DNA of 63,303 bases, counting the filler, from Octopus bimaculoides (lineage: Eukaryota), in the NCBI RefSeq assembly GCF_001194135.2. It is 9 parts of 9 records of this genome, joined end to end, with 100 filler letters (N's around TTAATTAATTAA, not from the genome) between each part and the next. Parts side by side here need not be neighbours in the genome. Positions count along the whole stretch, not along the records: positions 19,869 to 27,866 come from NC_068996.1; positions 27,967 to 39,686 come from NC_068992.1; 7 more parts are not named here. One strand, written 5' to 3'. Positions 25,620 to 38,173 of the stretch are shown here, piece by piece. The notes below the pieces were generated by a model. The model was not told the origin of the DNA. It saw only the letters and a list, made by a program, of their open reading frames with translations, and did not search any database. The translations under genes and the position numbers were made by a program. The first letter of the stretch is position 1, and each line of letters begins with the position of its first letter.

Positions 25620-25840
25620 ATGTTAGTGGAAGAATGTCAGGGAAATAGATGAAGGGCAGTGCTGTGAATGATGGAAGATAGGTGTAGGTAATTTGCAAGC
25701 TTCACAGTTAGGAGGTGGATTCAGACACTGAATGTGGTTGGATGTGAGGTGGAAGGATGAGTGAGGCAGATTTAGGCAGTAGAGGCGATTCATATTGGAT
25801 AATGTAGATATTGGCAAACAACACCAGAAAAGATACATCT
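25620..25840 (-). mobile_element. Possible I/Nimb-type LINE 3' zinc knuckle, decayed
   Basis: NPPPNCEACKLPTPIFHHSQHCP fits PPP-CX2CX7HX4C. Confidence 0.35.
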
Positions 25841-26064
25841 CAATGGTACCAGGGGTTGTGATGATGATGATGATGATGGAGGTTGTGGAAGTTGTTACAA
25901 CAACAGCAGAGGAAACAAAGATTTTTTTGGTTAATATCTAATTTAACACCAGCCACCAAAACAAAAAAACACAAGTGTAATAGGCACAAAAAATGTGTAA
26001 TAAACGAATCTGAAAACCAAAATTTGCGCAAATGAACCGGGGAAGGGGGGAAAGAGAGGACTTT

Positions 26065-26362
26065 CGGAAAATTCACACGATCCAATTTTTTCTTTCATAA
26101 CTTTCAGGAAAATGGATATCTTTTAATGAAATTTTATATAAATACCTTTCAATTGGCATAGATTACAATTGTAAAGAAATTTGTGGGGAAAAGGTTTTCC
26201 AAAGACTTGGGGAGAGGCTTGTGGAAAAATTCACACAATCTGATTTTTTCCCTCATAACTTTCAGGAAAATTGGTATCTTTTAATGAAAGTTTATACAAA
26301 TACTTTTCAAATGGCATAGATTATGATTATAAAGAAATTTGTGAGGAAAATTTTTCCAGTGG
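26065..26362 (+). repeat. Two diverged tandem units of about 160 bp within an unclassified repeat
   Basis: aattcacac..cataactttcaggaaaat..atcttttaatgaaa..ggcatagatta..aaagaaatttgtg occurs at about 26070 and again at about 26228. Confidence 0.85.
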
Positions 26363-26889
26363 GTGGGTAGCGGAGTTTCAGATCAGAAAGACCACATAAG
26401 TTCATTTTCTTTTACTCCCCCATCCCCACTCCGGACCAATTTTGGCCAATTTTTTGCACTTAAAACTATGGGAGAAGGATTTTCAGTGAAAATAAAAAAT
26501 TATTGTAAATATTTTCAGAGGAAAAAGTGTGATTTAAGGGAGATTTGGCTGTCGTTTCTAGCACATCCCAAGACAACCCTCCTCATTTCTTTCTCACTTT
26601 CGCACGTAATGATGTTTTTCAATATTTTTCTCCCCATAAACACATTTATGCTATTAAAAAAAAAAAATTGAACATTTATTATTTTTTTCAACCCCACTCT
26701 GTACCCCAGATTGTTTCTGTTTAAATTTTAAATATTGGAGAGCCTGAGATCATTTCTGGCATTTATCCACAGTGATTTTTAAAAAATAGGTACGTAAAAG
26801 ATAATTCATTTTAGTAGCATACTTTTCTGTAGGAAAATGTTTTTTTCTTACACACACACGACTTCACTTAATTAATTTGAATTACCATT

Positions 26890-27138
26890 TGTTTACATTA
26901 TTTACATTTGACGGATATTTGTCCTTGTTTGCTGATAACACAGCGTTTCGGCTGATATACTGTCCGGCCTTCATTGAGTGTCTTGGGGAAATTTCGAACC
27001 TGGGTTCTCATTCCTAGGGTATTTTTCGATGTTGTTGTTGTTGTTATTATTATTATTATTATTCAGGTCACTGCCTGGAATCGAACTCGGAATCTTGAGG
27101 TTAGTAGCCTGCGCTCTTAACCACTATGCCATATGCCC
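26890..27138 (-). mobile_element. tRNA-headed short element (family S5) with a hammerhead-like 3' half
   Basis: A box TGGCATAGTGG, B box GAGTTCGATTCC, (AAT)n spacer, then aagacactcaatgaaggccgg..cagccgaaacgctgtg (core mutated in this copy). Second copy at about 51126-51330. Confidence 0.8.
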
Positions 27139-27162
27139 ATGGGCATATGGCATAGTGGTTAA

Positions 27163-27800
27163 AAGTCAACCTTTACCTTATTTCTGACTACCGGCCAAGT
27201 ATACATATAGAGACAGCCAAAAGAAGCATTTGACCCAGACTACCTTCTTCCAACTGTTAAACATGAAAGAGGATTTGTGATAATCTCAGGAGGAGGTGGG
27301 GGCTATATCTTGGAAATCCGCCAGCCCAATGGTTTCCCTTCATGGCAGAATTAATAGTCAAGACTATTTAAGCATGTTATCTGATCAAATTCATCTTATG
27401 GTTGCAGAACTGTTTCCGGATGGAAACGCAGTCTTTCAGGATGATAATGCATCAATTCACACAGCTAAAGTTGTTACTGAATGGCACGAGGAACATTCTA
27501 GTGAAGTTGACCATCTTATCTGGCCACCACAGTCCCCAGATCTTAATATTATTGAACATTTATGGTACATTTTAGAAAAACAAGTAAGGAGTTGATATCC
27601 TCCACCATCATCACTACAAGAACTGGAGATTGTTTTAGCTGAAGAATGGACAAAAATTCCTTTGGAAACAATTCAAACTTTGTACGAGTCCAAACCTCAT
27701 AGAATTCAAGCTGTAATTACTGTCATAGGTGGTCCTACCCCATATTAAAATAAATTTGTTTGAAATTTTAAGGTGTTTCCATTATTTTGTCCAACCCCTG
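27163..27800 (+). mobile_element. Tc1-type transposon 3' half with DD36E spacing and 3' TIR
   Basis: FQDDNASIHTAKVVTEWHEEHSSEVDHLIWPPQSPDLNIIE has 36 residues between D and E. Ends ..GGPTPY*. TIR ggtgtttccattattttgtccaacccctg is followed by TA at 27801. Confidence 0.9.
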
Positions 27801-28023
27801 TATGTATGTATATATATATATAGTCAAAATAAGCAACAAGGATATCCAAAGTTAATGCAGTACGATNNNNNNNNNNNNNNNNNNNNNNNNNNNNNNNNNN
27901 NNNNNNNNNNTTAATTAATTAANNNNNNNNNNNNNNNNNNNNNNNNNNNNNNNNNNNNNNNNNNNNCACACACGTACGTACGGACACACGTACGTACACA
28001 CACACACACGTACGTACGGACAC

Positions 28024-28054
<31 letters not shown>

Positions 28055-28375
28055 AACACAAACACACACACAAACACAAACACACACATATATACATATA
28101 CACATATACACATATATACACATACATATACACATACATATACACATACATATATATATATTTATAATGTGTATATGTATGCATGTATGTGTATATATTT
28201 ATATATATTTGTGTCTACGTATGTGTATAAATATATGTATAGAGAGAGAGAAAGAGAAAGAGTGTGGGATGGAAAGAGAGAGGGAGGGAGAGTTGCAAAT
28301 AAACAGAATTAGATGCACGCACACACACCTAGATGAGGAGGTTTTTTGCGTGATAAGGAACAGAAATAAATGTGC

Positions 28376-28417
<42 letters not shown>

Positions 28418-28894
28418 TTCTATATTCACGTATTTAGATCTACGTATATATGCATATATTTATTCGTGTGCATACGGCTGTAATTCTACATAGAAATCGC
28501 ATTTTGTATTTTCTCTTTACAAACAAATGTATGAAATGAGGCCATTTTATAGAGATAGATTTAAACTTTCATTCGGATCAATAATTTTTGTCGATTGTTG
28601 AGTATTGAATAGAAGTTTAACAAGAGTAAACAATGAGTACATTCAATACTAGGTGAATAAAATATATATTTTAAAATTGGCTACAGTCATTTATTTCAAT
28701 TCGGAATAGTTTCTTATTGTTCAATTTATATTACATACATAAAAATATTGGCAATGATGTTTCATGAATACTTAATAGCATATCTCTATTGTCCAACTAT
28801 ATGTAGCGTACACATCTCGAAATAGGTCCCGAAAGGTAACAGGGAAATCTTGTCAATGTGAAAAGAGGATCGATTTCAAACACAAGTCGGACAA

Positions 28895-28935
<41 letters not shown>

Positions 28936-29468
28936 NNNNNNNNNNTCATGTCGTCCGTCTTCATGTTCTTAGTTCAAATGCCACCGAGTTCGACTTAGCC
29001 TTCCTCTATTTCTGAGTTGATAAAATAAGGACCAGATGAGTACTGGGGTTAATTTCATTGACTTATCCCTTACCCCTGCCAAAATTCGAAATTATTATTA
29101 TGATATATATATATCATAATAGGATATATCATAATCTGGATGTTTTGTCAAGGGACAAAACATCCAGATAAACGATACAAAGAAAACACGGACAGGTCAT
29201 TCGGAATTTTCTCTCTTCAGTCGAGATCCAAATTATCTTTGCAAATTCGGATGGTTATTCTGGATATTGCTCCAATCTGGCCAGTCCCGAAGAAAAACTA
29301 AGCTAAGATCATTAGATTCCGTGGAAGAAAGCAGCGAAAGTATACAGAAACAAGGACGCAAAAAAAAACGAAGAAGGTTACACAAATACAGTTGTATAAA
29401 TACAGTAGGAATAATAATAATAGGACAAAACAACAGATGTCTTTCGACCAAGGACGAATAAAAGTAAG

Positions 29469-29500
<32 letters not shown>

Positions 29501-29771
29501 NNNNNNNNNNNNNNNNNNNNNNNNNNNNNNNNNNNNNNNNNNNNNNNNNNNNNNNNNNNNNNNNNNNNNNNNNNNNNNNTATATATATGCACATATACGG
29601 AAAATTATTGTAAGCAATATATAAAATTACAAAATCAAGAGCTATTACAGATAAATATAGTTTTAGTTAACCAAGAATGTTCCATAGGAATTCGGCCGCT
29701 TAGTAAACTTTTTCATATAGTATTAGTATTCTAAGTATACAAGACATTATATATATAACATGCCTACATGC

Positions 29772-29811
<40 letters not shown>

Positions 29812-30530
29812 ATGTGTGTGTGTCTTTGCTTCTCCCCCCATCATCGCCTGACAACCGATGTTGATGTATTTAGGTCCCTGTAGCATAGCTGTTCAGCAAG
29901 AGAGACCGATAGAATATGTAATTGGCTTACAAAGGATAAGTTTGAGGTTGATTTATTAGACTAAAGGCGATGCTCCTGCATGGCCGTAGTCAAATGTTTA
30001 TATGCATAGAGATATACTACCGTAGAAGAACTATTTCACGTGGTGAAGGACGGGAAACTATTGTGTAGTTGTATAATTATTCCTCTATCACTATTTAGAC
30101 CAGTCTTCTGCGGCCTGGTTTACTGACACAAACCAATGCATCTGAGAATTGTCTCTAAATATACTAACGCATTTGTCAGAAGACGGCAGACGTCTTAAGT
30201 AGGTTTTAGGCGAACAGAGTTTTGAAATTTTGAATGCGAACAATAGAAATTTATTTGCAGAAGATTATGTTGTGAATAATGAGATTCGATCTGGGATTAG
30301 ATTTGTTGAAGATTAATAATTGAAATATAAAATACTAAATCTACCAAATACTTAAAGTAACTTCAGAATCCGTTTGGCGATGTTATAGGGAAGCCTCATC
30401 TCTAAATCTATAATGATTATAAATGATTGACAGCTAAATTAATGGAGGATAAAATAATGAAGTGTTTGTGTAAGATGCTAAGCAAGGTAAAATCAAATAG
30501 AAAGGAAACAATAACGTTTCTATTGTCTAA

Positions 30531-30582
<52 letters not shown>

Positions 30583-32114
30583 TTCTGTGTGTACGTATAT
30601 ATGTCATAAATATTGGTAAAATTTGTATTTATACGGAATACAAAATATCTCATGATAACTCTTAGTGATACGAAACAGGTAAACAAATATTTGTAGATAT
30701 TTAATTCGTATTTTCGCTAAAAAGCATCAGTAAGTTTCATTCAGACGATGCGTTACAACATATACTGAAAACAGCTAAAATAAAGCCTTCCAACGTTCCT
30801 GGCAAATAAATACAGCCAAAGTGAGACTCAACGTATTTATGACCGCTTCACATGAAAGATTATTTTTATTTCGCAACACAATGTATTGTTACGAACATAA
30901 TTTCAACTCTTCCATCTCACCTTCTTCTTCTTCTATATCTACTTGTTCTCCTCCATCTCCTTCCCTTCCATCTTCTCCATCTCCTTCGCCTCCTTCTTAC
31001 TTTTCTTCTCCATTTTCGTCTCATCATCATCATCGACTTCTTTATTTCCCCAATTACTTGTAAAGTACATCTACGCTCTTGACAGAGTTTTACTCCACAT
31101 TATGGACGACAGCTTTATGTAACAAAAAATATCATTCGCTGTTGGAGAGTTAATGGAAAAGATAGAAACAAATTTAATCACAGCCCACTAACGTTGAAAG
31201 AAATTTCAATTTTGTTCTATTTTACTAAGATAATGTCATGCCTTGGATTGTGAAAATTGTTTGGGAAGGATATTCACCCTTTTTAAAGGACTATCAGGCA
31301 ATAAAATATTTTTAACACACATGTATGTATATATATATATATATATATATAGATAGNNNNNNNNNNTACTCCGTACATGTATTTTAAGATTATAAATGAA
31401 ACATTTACTTCAATATCAGTCTATATTATTGTTTTTTCAGCAAAGAACATATTTTTAATAAATGAAACAAAAGCATTTAAATAGATGAAAGACAAAGTAC
31501 ATTGAAATTGTCTTCCGTGTCGCCTGTTATGATTATGAATACTCGGTATGTCAATAAGCGATTAAAATTTTATTTCTATACAGTAGCTTAACAAAAATGA
31601 ATAGATATATTTTAAAAGTCATGTTTCACAATAAAATACAAATTAACACAGATAATAAAATGAAAGTGAAAATGTGCCAATTGTCCTTTGGTAATGAGAT
31701 GGTAGTGAAACAAACGTTTCATCCACCTTTTCATACAGTGTCCATTAAACAGAATTTAGAATCTCTTATTGTAGTTGCACATGGCTGAACTTACACATAA
31801 CATTGAATGTTTCACTAAATATGTTGTCTTCTTTAACTATGATGACGATGATGAAATAAAGTGGCTGTTATTATCTCTAAAATACATCTCTTCTAGCTTC
31901 TTCATTTATATTGCAAGCATTACTCCTATTATTATCATCATGATATTCATTATATTCTTGACAATTGTTTATTAAATCCGCACTGCATTTTCTCAGCACG
32001 GGCCCAAAACGTGTTTTCAAAGTAGTCCTTTGCGATACAAAATGAATAAATCTTTGGGCTGACTTATGATCAGAAGGACCGCTTCTACGAGGTCCTCCTA
32101 CAGAGTACCTCAAC

Positions 32115-32335
32115 GACAAATGACAGAGACTTGGTTATTATTGTGGCTAGCGACTTTGATGGCCGTGTTGGGCAGCAGTCTCATGGATTCCATATGGTAC
32201 ATAGAGGATATGGCTTGGTCCTAGGAATGAGGAGATGAAAAGGCTACTGGTATTCTATGATGCAAATGATCTCATGATCTGAAACACTGACTTAAGAAAA
32301 CCAGCCAACCACCTAATCCCTTATCAGTCTGGTTG
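32115..32335 (+). mobile_element. RTE-clade AP endonuclease fragment
   Basis: LVIIVASDFDGRVGQQSHGFHMVHRGYG..RNEEMKRLLVFYDANDLMI*NTDLRKPANHLIPYQSG. Confidence 0.8.
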
Positions 32336-32862
32336 GGCACACCCACTCGCACTGCCTACTCGCGACTTCCTGGCAATGCCCTGCCAGCACCTGCCACCAT
32401 TCATCTCTTTCTACCGTCCTATCTATGCCCTGATCCCTTTTCCTTGTGAGGATATTCAGACACTTCACCCATCCCTCCCCTGCTCTTGCTCACTCCTAAT
32501 CTCTCTCTCTCTCTCTTTCGCTCTTTCCATTGCTCTCTCCTCTTCTGTATCACCTGTACAGCAACAAACCAGTTTCTGCCCTCACTCTTCGTCATTCTCT
32601 CTCTCTGCTCCATCCGCTCCTACTTCTGCTTAGGTAACCATGCGTCTCCTTTACAGCAGCACAGCTCTTTCTTGTTAATCCTCCCTCCCTCTCTCTCTGG
32701 CTAATCATGCCCCACCTCTTCAACAGCATACCTCTTTCTGATTTCATTTCTTATTAACTCTCGCTCGTTCTTTTCCTCTCTCTTATCTATATCTATCTAC
32801 CTATCTATCTGTGTGTATACATACACACACACACACACACACACAGATACAAACATGAATGT

Positions 32863-33000
<138 letters not shown>

Positions 33001-34834
33001 TCTATGAAAAAATACTGAATACGGTCGTGAGGAGGATAGTGTATTTGATGTAGATGAGAAGGGTTAGGAATGCATGAATTGTTGATAATCTGGATTGTGG
33101 AAATGGCGATGACGATGGCATTGAATATAATGATAATAAAAGTCACCATTCTTATGATAGTTTTTAATTACGCTACACTAATCTTATATTTATGTATACA
33201 TATACTTCTATCCTAAATTGGTCACGTCAAGTAAATATATTCACGCACCAACCGCCTAAATGTGTTGTGTCGAATCTTATTGAACACATTGCAGCTAAAA
33301 CCAATATGGCATAATAATTGCTGTATGTATTTTCTATGTACAATAAATGAATGGAGATTAGAAATTGATAGTGTGAATGAGATTCCTTTAGCTCTTATCT
33401 CTATAGTTTCTTCCATACAATAAACACAACTGACAGATATAATTGATCATATCCTATCCGAGAAAGCAATCGCACAACATCATTGTGCTACACTGCTGTT
33501 TTGAAAGATCATGATACCTCAATATTTTAGCTGTAAAATTGTATAGTGTCTGATGTGTTGCAGAATCTTTCTATGTTGTAACTCGGGGGTGTATATTTAC
33601 AGTAGACACAAACAAACAAACGCACACACACACACACACACACACGCACACACACACACGCACGCACGCATACACACACACATGTATAGTGTGTATGTAA
33701 GCACGTGTGTGTATGTGTAAGTTTGAGTGGGCGTGCATGTGTTTGTGCTTCTGTATATATGGTAATACGCACTACATGTCGCTAACCAGATGCCCCGAAT
33801 CGTGACAACTCATTTGAAGAGACCCTCAATAATATGTAAAATATATGAACAAGGCTAGATATCAGCCTTCACATATGTCTGTAGAATATTACTACCTCCT
33901 TAATGCCGAGTGTCCTGAGGCCCGTCTCCTCTCGGGTATATCCCTACATAAGCGGAGTCAGGCAGAGTCTCTGATTGACATCTGCTTCATAAATAAATGC
34001 TGCGTCGAAACATAATGTTAAGTTGACACCAATTAATTTCTCGAACTCCAACCACGCAAAACTAACAGTGTATGAACCGAAGAAAACTGCTGACTTGAAG
34101 TTTATTATGAATATTTCCAGACAGAATAACCATAAAACTAATTGTAGAGTAAAACTGGTCGGTCAGTCTCTCTACGCATAATATTGCTATATAGCTACAC
34201 CACTTTATGACAATCATGAGAGGTATTTGCTTTAAGTTTTCTCCAGAGAGAAGGTCAAATCGACAGAAAAACTCTAGAGACAGGTAATTCTTATGACATG
34301 GGACATGACAAAAATAAGTCTCAAATCGTCGAAACGAGTCAGTAAATGATAGTGACGAATTCTATATCAATGAAACACTGTGTCAGATTGAAAATTAACT
34401 CAAACACTCTCATACAAAGATCATGGTTGACAATAGAAGCCTAGACCTTTAAAATGTAAACATAAATCCCAAAGCCTTCTATAGATATACAAAAGAGTCT
34501 GTTTCAGGGACATCGGGTCTCAGAGGATAATAAGGAATATGCAATACAAAAGTAATTTCTTATCTCCGTTTTGACACTTTCAAATAAATCTATCGAACGA
34601 GTTATTTGACACAGCAGATCTACTCGAATGGAAGGCAGTTTTTTATTACATTGAGAATAGAGGATAATGTAGTATTAGCCATTGATGAAATGAACTTAAA
34701 GTACCTTAATGGCCCTGCTTCCGGGAAAATATCCCAAAGAAGAGTAAAGAGGACCTTGCGATACCATTGCAGATCCTCTTCCAATGCTTTCTGGTAGATT
34801 TCCCAGAAAGTTTAAACAGCATCTTTTAAATATA

Positions 34835-34865
<31 letters not shown>

Positions 34866-35116
34866 TGGATTACAACTCACCATGGGAGAATAATCGAAAT
34901 CCCTCCCTGTGTTTGTACAGTCTCTATGATTTACCGCTAAATCCACATTTGTTTTCGTTTATTCTCTCTGTTTATTTCCAAATGTTCCTTCTGTTGAAGA
35001 GCGCAGGCTCGAAACGTAAAAGACTTTCTCACCTTCCCGGACGTCAAACTAATACACCATCTTGTTTATGCACATGTGTTCGTCTTATGTTTTTCTGTTC
35101 AGTTCAAATATGTATG

Positions 35117-35163
<47 letters not shown>

Positions 35164-35333
35164 NNNNNNNNNNNNNNNNNNNNNNNNNNNNNNNNNNNNN
35201 NNNNNNNNNNNNNNNNNNNNNNNNNNNNNNNNNNNNNNNNNNNNNNNNNNNNNNNNNNNNNNNNNNNNNNNNNNNNNNNNNNNNNNNNNNNNNNNNNNNN
35301 NNNNNNNNNNNNNNNNNNNNNNNNNNNNNNNNN

Positions 35334-35421
35334 GTATGCGTGTGTGTATGCGTGTGTGTATGCGTGTGTGTATGCGTGTGTGTATGCGTGTGTGTATGCG
35401 TGTGTGTACGCGTGTGTGTAC

Positions 35422-35460
<39 letters not shown>

Positions 35461-35472
35461 TGTGTGTGTGTG
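35334..35472. repeat. 12-mer minisatellite (GTATGCGTGTGT)n grading into (GCGT)n
   Basis: Direct inspection. Confidence 0.95.
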
Positions 35473-35889
35473 TGGAAGTATGTATGTATGTCTCGCTATT
35501 ACCTCTCTTTCAGGCTTGCTTGTTTTTTCCCTGTTGTACTGATCGGGTCCTGACTGCTGTGATGATACTTATTGACAGGAAACAATGTTAGCATTTCTTA
35601 AAATGATCGAATAAGAATAAAAGTTTTAAGTGAAATATTTTCAATTAATATAATGGCATGTGAACATTTCGCATGGATACCTTCTTCATTAGACGTATAT
35701 ATTTAATTAAGAAACGGCATAATGTAGTGAAGTAAACAACATGCTTAATCAATTAAAATTACATCGCAATGAAATCTAATTAGCGTTAATGATGATTCTG
35801 GTCAATAAAAATATTGTATGTAGTAATGTTTGTGTTTGTATGCGCTTATGTATATATGTGTGTATGAGTGTGTACATATATGCATAAAC

Positions 35890-35920
<31 letters not shown>

Positions 35921-36221
35921 GATGTAGATATATATACATATATATAAATACATACATATATGCATGTATAAACACATACATATGTGCATACTTACATGAA
36001 TAATAGATACACGACTGCGTAAATGCAGAAAGAAGTGGAGAGTGAAAGAGAGAGAGTGTGTTCTGTCCGTTCGTGTGTTTCTGTGTGTGTGTGCTTATGT
36101 ATTTGAGCGCCCGCACGTGCCTGTAGGAGTAAAATATATACAGTGATCTTAACAATTTCTTAGTGATTTCAAATTGTTTGTGTCGTTAATTACGTTTCTC
36201 TTCGTAGCTTGTCAAACCTAC

Positions 36222-36278
36222 CAATCGAACACTTGCGGCGCGAATTCACGGTAACATATGTGACATTTAATGTGACAC
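36222..36278 (-). CDS. Candidate 57-nt exon of unknown gene
   Basis: Acceptor tcatttcgtttcttcttacatccag and donor TTG|gtaggt; length divisible by 3. Open in phase 1 (GVTLNVTYVTVNSRRKCSI) and phase 2 (CHIKCHICYREFAPQVFD). No partner exon found. Confidence 0.25.
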
Positions 36279-38130
36279 CTGGATGTAAGAAGAAACGAAA
36301 TGAATATGTATTTGATATTTGTATTACAGTATGACCCCTACCCTACATCCTTTTCTATTATAGAAGGCTTATAATCGATGTAGGATAATTTGGCTCACCT
36401 TTATACAAGGAAAATATATGAACGACTATACGAACTGGGTGCTGAATCGCAAATGTTTGTACAATACTTGTATACATTCAGTGACAGTAATTGATTGTAT
36501 GTTGACTGTATTTCGTTATTGATTTAAAGTATTTTCCTACATACTACATTTTTTTTTTTTTTGTAAACTAAAGCTTTGCTACATCTGGCAAAAAGAAAAA
36601 TTAATATTATTCTACTTCATCATGTATGGAGATACAACTCAACGGAAATGCATCGGAATATAAAATATTTATTCAAACATTTCTTACATGTACTACACAC
36701 GTATTTGTAAAGAATTTTAAGATAATTCCTTTTCTATTCAATACACACACACACGTTTGGTTTTGTTAAATGCTTCATGGAAAATTCACACAAAACTGAT
36801 AAAAATTCAGAAAATCATAATACTTAATGTGTTTGAGGGTTTTGAAAGTATTTGGTGATTAAATCTGTTTACTAATAAATCACATGATAAGCATTATATA
36901 CTAACACAGCATCTTTCCGTAATCTGTAAAATACATGAAACGAATAAATCTAACAGAAACTTTATAATATGCATCATTTTATAAATTAATAAAAAAATAA
37001 ATTATGTAAACACAAAAGCGATTACATTAGAGAAGCGCCCAAGTATAATCTATACATTGTTTTTGTTTTCATTTATTTTTGCTCATACTGTTGTTATTTC
37101 TCTGAATACTAATGTAATTTTTCTTTATTGTTGTTAGAGTTACCCTTCTGTATTTCTAATCGAAAGCATTATGTATTTTCGTAAAAGAAACTTAATCATA
37201 AAAGTTTTCAGCTTTTCTCCCATGGTTTAACGGATTATTTTTGCTGATCGATTAAAAGGAATATTTAAAGATAAAACTTATATGAATATAAATATATTGT
37301 ACAATGATTATATTGATTACAGTTATTACGACTGGAAAAATGGTGAAAAGCATTGCATACAAATTCAAAACAAATTTTCAATTGGACGACGTATATATTT
37401 TCTAACATGTCTGTTTTTTGGGGTTTTAAGAGAGTGCAACGCATGCATTATGCGCCTATATTAATTATCTGGAATATGAACGTATTAATAATTGTAGATT
37501 AGGAACATCTTTGAGAGTCCGATATTTATAAGAACCAACAGAACTTCCCGGATGGAACTTAGTTAGAAATGTATTCTATAAGGCACCATATTGTTTCAAA
37601 GAAATGGAAAAAAAATCATTAGAAATAATTATAGATATGTTCTATCAGAACTGATAGGAGTTTGATATCTTTACGAGTATATTTTAGTGTTCTATTGTTT
37701 CGTACACATGTCATTTCGGATCCAAAAGAAGAAAATATCAATGGCAGTAAGATAAAATTATACTTTCCATTGTCAATATGAGCTAAATCAATGGAAATAC
37801 CCAGAGCATATCAGCGTTTATCATACACAGGGCTTCAATCATTAAACCTGTCATCATTAATAGAATAATTTAATGGTTGCGTTATACGTCTCTTACTGGG
37901 ATATTACACACGTCATCCAAACAACCAATATCGTTGTGTTCCACATCCTGGCCAACATCATTAGCAGGCCTTTCACTATTACCATGATGATGATCATCAT
38001 CATCATCATTATTGTTATCATTAACTTTATCATTTTCATCATCATCATCATCATAATCGTCATCATCAAGTGTATTTTACATAACATGCACCCTCAAATA
38101 TACTGTGTGCGTGTATGTATGTTTGTGCGT

Positions 38131-38173
<43 letters not shown>

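Noticed and set aside
34247-34283. 37-nt plus-strand microexon candidate (REGQIDRKTLET)
   Set aside because: Splice signals alone, with no partner exon or recognisable motif.
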